DNA of 64,000 bases, from NCBI GenBank assembly GCA_050250555.1, contig JBFWOK010000007.1:6807-70806 (forward strand), read 5' to 3'. The notes under the pieces were generated by a model. It was not told where the DNA came from, made no database searches, and was given only the letters and a program-made list of their open reading frames with translations. The DNA comes from Limisphaerales bacterium. Its GTDB lineage: Bacteria > Verrucomicrobiota > Verrucomicrobiia > Limisphaerales > CAIMTB01. Positions 62,262 through 64,000 of the stretch are shown here, piece by piece (position 1 is the first letter of the stretch; each line of letters opens with the position of its first letter). Both the position numbers and the translations under genes were made by a program.

Positions 62262-64000
62262 GTGAATACCAAGCCTGATCGCGTCAACCATCCCGTTCCG
62301 ACATCCGATACGCCGGCCGTTCCGAGCCCAACTCCGGCTCATGAAGCCGAAGCTCACGAGGCGAATTGGCTCCAACTCGTCGAACAGATCCTCGCCCGCG
62401 AACTCACCCGCCAGCGGCCGGAGAAAGTGGTCACCTTCCTCGACGGCCTCGTCGGCTCCCTCCAGGCCGCCGGACTGCCAACGCCTCACATCACCCACAG
62501 TCCGTACCGGAATACCCTCCCGGCGAGCCAGCAACCCGCCTACCCCGGGGATCTCCAGATCGAACGCAGCATCAAGAGCATCTGCCGCTGGAACGCCATG
62601 GCCATGGTCGTCTACGGCAACAAGATCTCCGACGGCCTCGGCGGCCACATCTCGAGCTACGCCTCCATGGCGACCCTCTATGAAGTCGGCTACAACCACT
62701 TCTTCCGCGGCGGCGACGACGGCCAACTCGGCGATCTGATCTACTTCCAGGGTCACACCACGCCGGGCAACTACGCCCGCTCCTTCCTCGAAGGACGTCT
62801 CTCGGTACGGCATCTCCAGAATTTCCGGCGCGAACTCGCCGAGGGCGGCGGTCTTTCGTCCTACCCGCATCCGTATCTGATGCCGGATTTCTGGCAGTTC
62901 CCGACCGTGTCGATGGGCCTGGGTCCCATCAACTCCATCTACCAGGCCCGGTTCTTGCGCTACCTCAAGGCCCGAGGCCTCCTCCCGGAGGGACGCGAAC
63001 CCCGCGTCTGGGCCTTCGTCGGCGACGGCGAAAGCGATGAACCGGAATCGCTCGGAGCCATCGCCCTCGCCGCGCGCGAGCGGCTCGACAACCTCACCTG
63101 GATCGTCAATTGCAACCTCCAGCGCCTCGACGGCCCCGTGCGCGGCAACGGGAAGATCATCCAAGAACTCGAAGGCGTTTTCCGCGGCGCCGGCTGGAAC
63201 GTCATCAAGGTCGTCTGGGGCCGCGAATGGGATCCCCTCTTCGCCGCGGATCACGACGGCCTCCTCCAACGCCGCCTCGATGAATGCGTCGACGGCGATT
63301 TCCAGAAGTACATCGTCGAAACCGGCAGCCATATCCGGAAGCATTTCTTCGGCAAGTACCCCGCCCTCAAGGCGCGGGTCAATCATCTCTCCGACGACCA
63401 GCTCACTCGCATGGTTCGCGGCGGACACGATCCCCTCAAGGTCTTCGCCGCCTACACCGCCGCGACCCGGCACACGGGCCAGCCCACGGTCATCCTCGCC
63501 AAGACGGTCAAGGGCTACGGACTCGGCGAAGCCGGCGAAGGCCGCAACATCTCCCATCAGCAGAAAAAGATGAACGAGAAGGAACTGCGCGAGTTCAGGG
63601 CGCGGTTCAACATCCCGATCTCCGACGAGGAAATCACCGAACTCCCGTTCTACCGCCCACCGGACGACAGCCCCGAGGTGAAGTACGTCCGCAAACGACG
63701 AAAGGCCCTCGGCGGATCCATCCCCAAGCGCTCCGTCCCCGACGCCACCCTTGAAGTCCCCTCGCTCGAAGAGTTCGGCGCCGAAGCCCTCAAGGGGTCC
63801 GGACACCGCGACGCGTCGACCACCATGGCGGTCGTCGATCTCCTGAAACGCCTCCTTCGAAACGAAAAGATCGGCCGCCACATCGTCCCGATCATCCCCG
63901 ACGAAGGCCGCACGTTCGGGATGGAGGCCATGTTCCCCGAATTCGGCATCTACTCGTCCAAAGGCCAGCTCTACGAGCCCGTCGACCGCAAGTCGCTCAG
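62262..64000 (+). CDS. aceE: pyruvate dehydrogenase E1 component, homodimeric type (5' part; continues beyond the window)
   Basis: Frame read by hand from GTG 62262, and absent from the track because there is no stop in the window. YPGDLQIERSIKSICRWNAMAMV, LIYFQGHTTPGNYARSFLEGRL, PDFWQFPTVSMGLGP, FVGDGESDEPES, VNCNLQRLDGPVRGNGKIIQELE and RGGHDP are collinear with E. coli AceE. Confidence 0.93.
   Translation, partial: MNTKPDRVNHPVPTSDTPAVPSPTPAHEAEAHEANWLQLVEQILARELTRQRPEKVVTFLDGLVGSLQAAGLPTPHITHSPYRNTLPASQQPAYPGDLQIERSIKSICRWNAMAMVVYGNKISDGLGGHISSYASMATLYEVGYNHFFRGGDDGQLGDLIYFQGHTTPGNYARSFLEGRLSVRHLQNFRRELAEGGGLSSYPHPYLMPDFWQFPTVSMGLGPINSIYQARFLRYLKARGLLPEGREPRVWAFVGDGESDEPESLGAIALAARERLDNLTWIVNCNLQRLDGPVRGNGKIIQELEGVFRGAGWNVIKVVWGREWDPLFAADHDGLLQRRLDECVDGDFQKYIVETGSHIRKHFFGKYPALKARVNHLSDDQLTRMVRGGHDPLKVFAAYTAATRHTGQPTVILAKTVKGYGLGEAGEGRNISHQQKKMNEKELREFRARFNIPISDEEITELPFYRPPDDSPEVKYVRKRRKALGGSIPKRSVPDATLEVPSLEEFGAEALKGSGHRDASTTMAVVDLLKRLLRNEKIGRHIVPIIPDEGRTFGMEAMFPEFGIYSSKGQLYEPVDRKSL

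Noticed and set aside
62210-62269. 19-codon upstream ORF (MVPARLRRATVATAETLCE) with an AGGAG just before it, ahead of aceE.
   Set aside because: The AGGAG is only 1 nt from the ATG, too close for a functional Shine-Dalgarno spacing. The peptide has no leader-peptide features, so this is most likely a chance occurrence.
1-64000. Mobile genetic element, prophage or defence island somewhere in the window.
   Set aside because: No integrase, transposase, phage structural, restriction-modification, toxin-antitoxin or other defence-associated signatures were recognised. No tRNA attachment site and no obvious compositional break were seen either. The accessory content is glycan-utilisation and surface proteins.

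Overview
High-GC bacterial chromosomal window (roughly two-thirds G+C by eye, not computed). Gene content suggests a PVC-superphylum glycan degrader, most likely Verrucomicrobiota; this is inference from content only. I support about 38 CDSs. The accessory set has three formylglycine-type sulfatases (one fused to a BNR/sialidase-like domain, one with a damaged CxPxR motif), a heparinase II/III-like lyase and two DUF1080 proteins. It also has a beta-helix protein, a 2,536-aa Ig/SdrD-repeat surface protein, a 1,340-aa protein with five LamG-like units and two FG-GAP/ASPIC proteins. Housekeeping genes are interleaved: gluQ, an addB-like nuclease, trpG/pabA, metK, ahcY, rpoZ, smpB, hslR, lgt and the 5' part of aceE. 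I saw no rRNA, tRNA, tmRNA, CRISPR array, transposase or integrase. Many long ORFs in the track are antisense or out-of-frame shadows typical of high-GC DNA. The track also prints GTG/TTG starts as M, and several N-terminal extensions are spurious, so starts were re-derived by reading codons. I did not find a convincing new multi-gene system such as a defence island. The best leads are a SahR-type ArsR/methyltransferase-fold regulator divergent from metK-ahcY with operator candidates, and an orphan ClpX-like unfoldase lacking the zinc finger and the ClpP-docking IGF loop. Others are an unassigned ~150-aa module repeated four times in the giant protein, a shared C-terminal [RK]FYR[AT]V ending on both giant secreted proteins, and a LamG-repeat/ASPIC cluster. 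There are also two intergenic repeat families built from three tandem 9-mers, one copy bracketed by a 15-bp direct repeat. All domain names come from motif recognition by eye, not from a database search.
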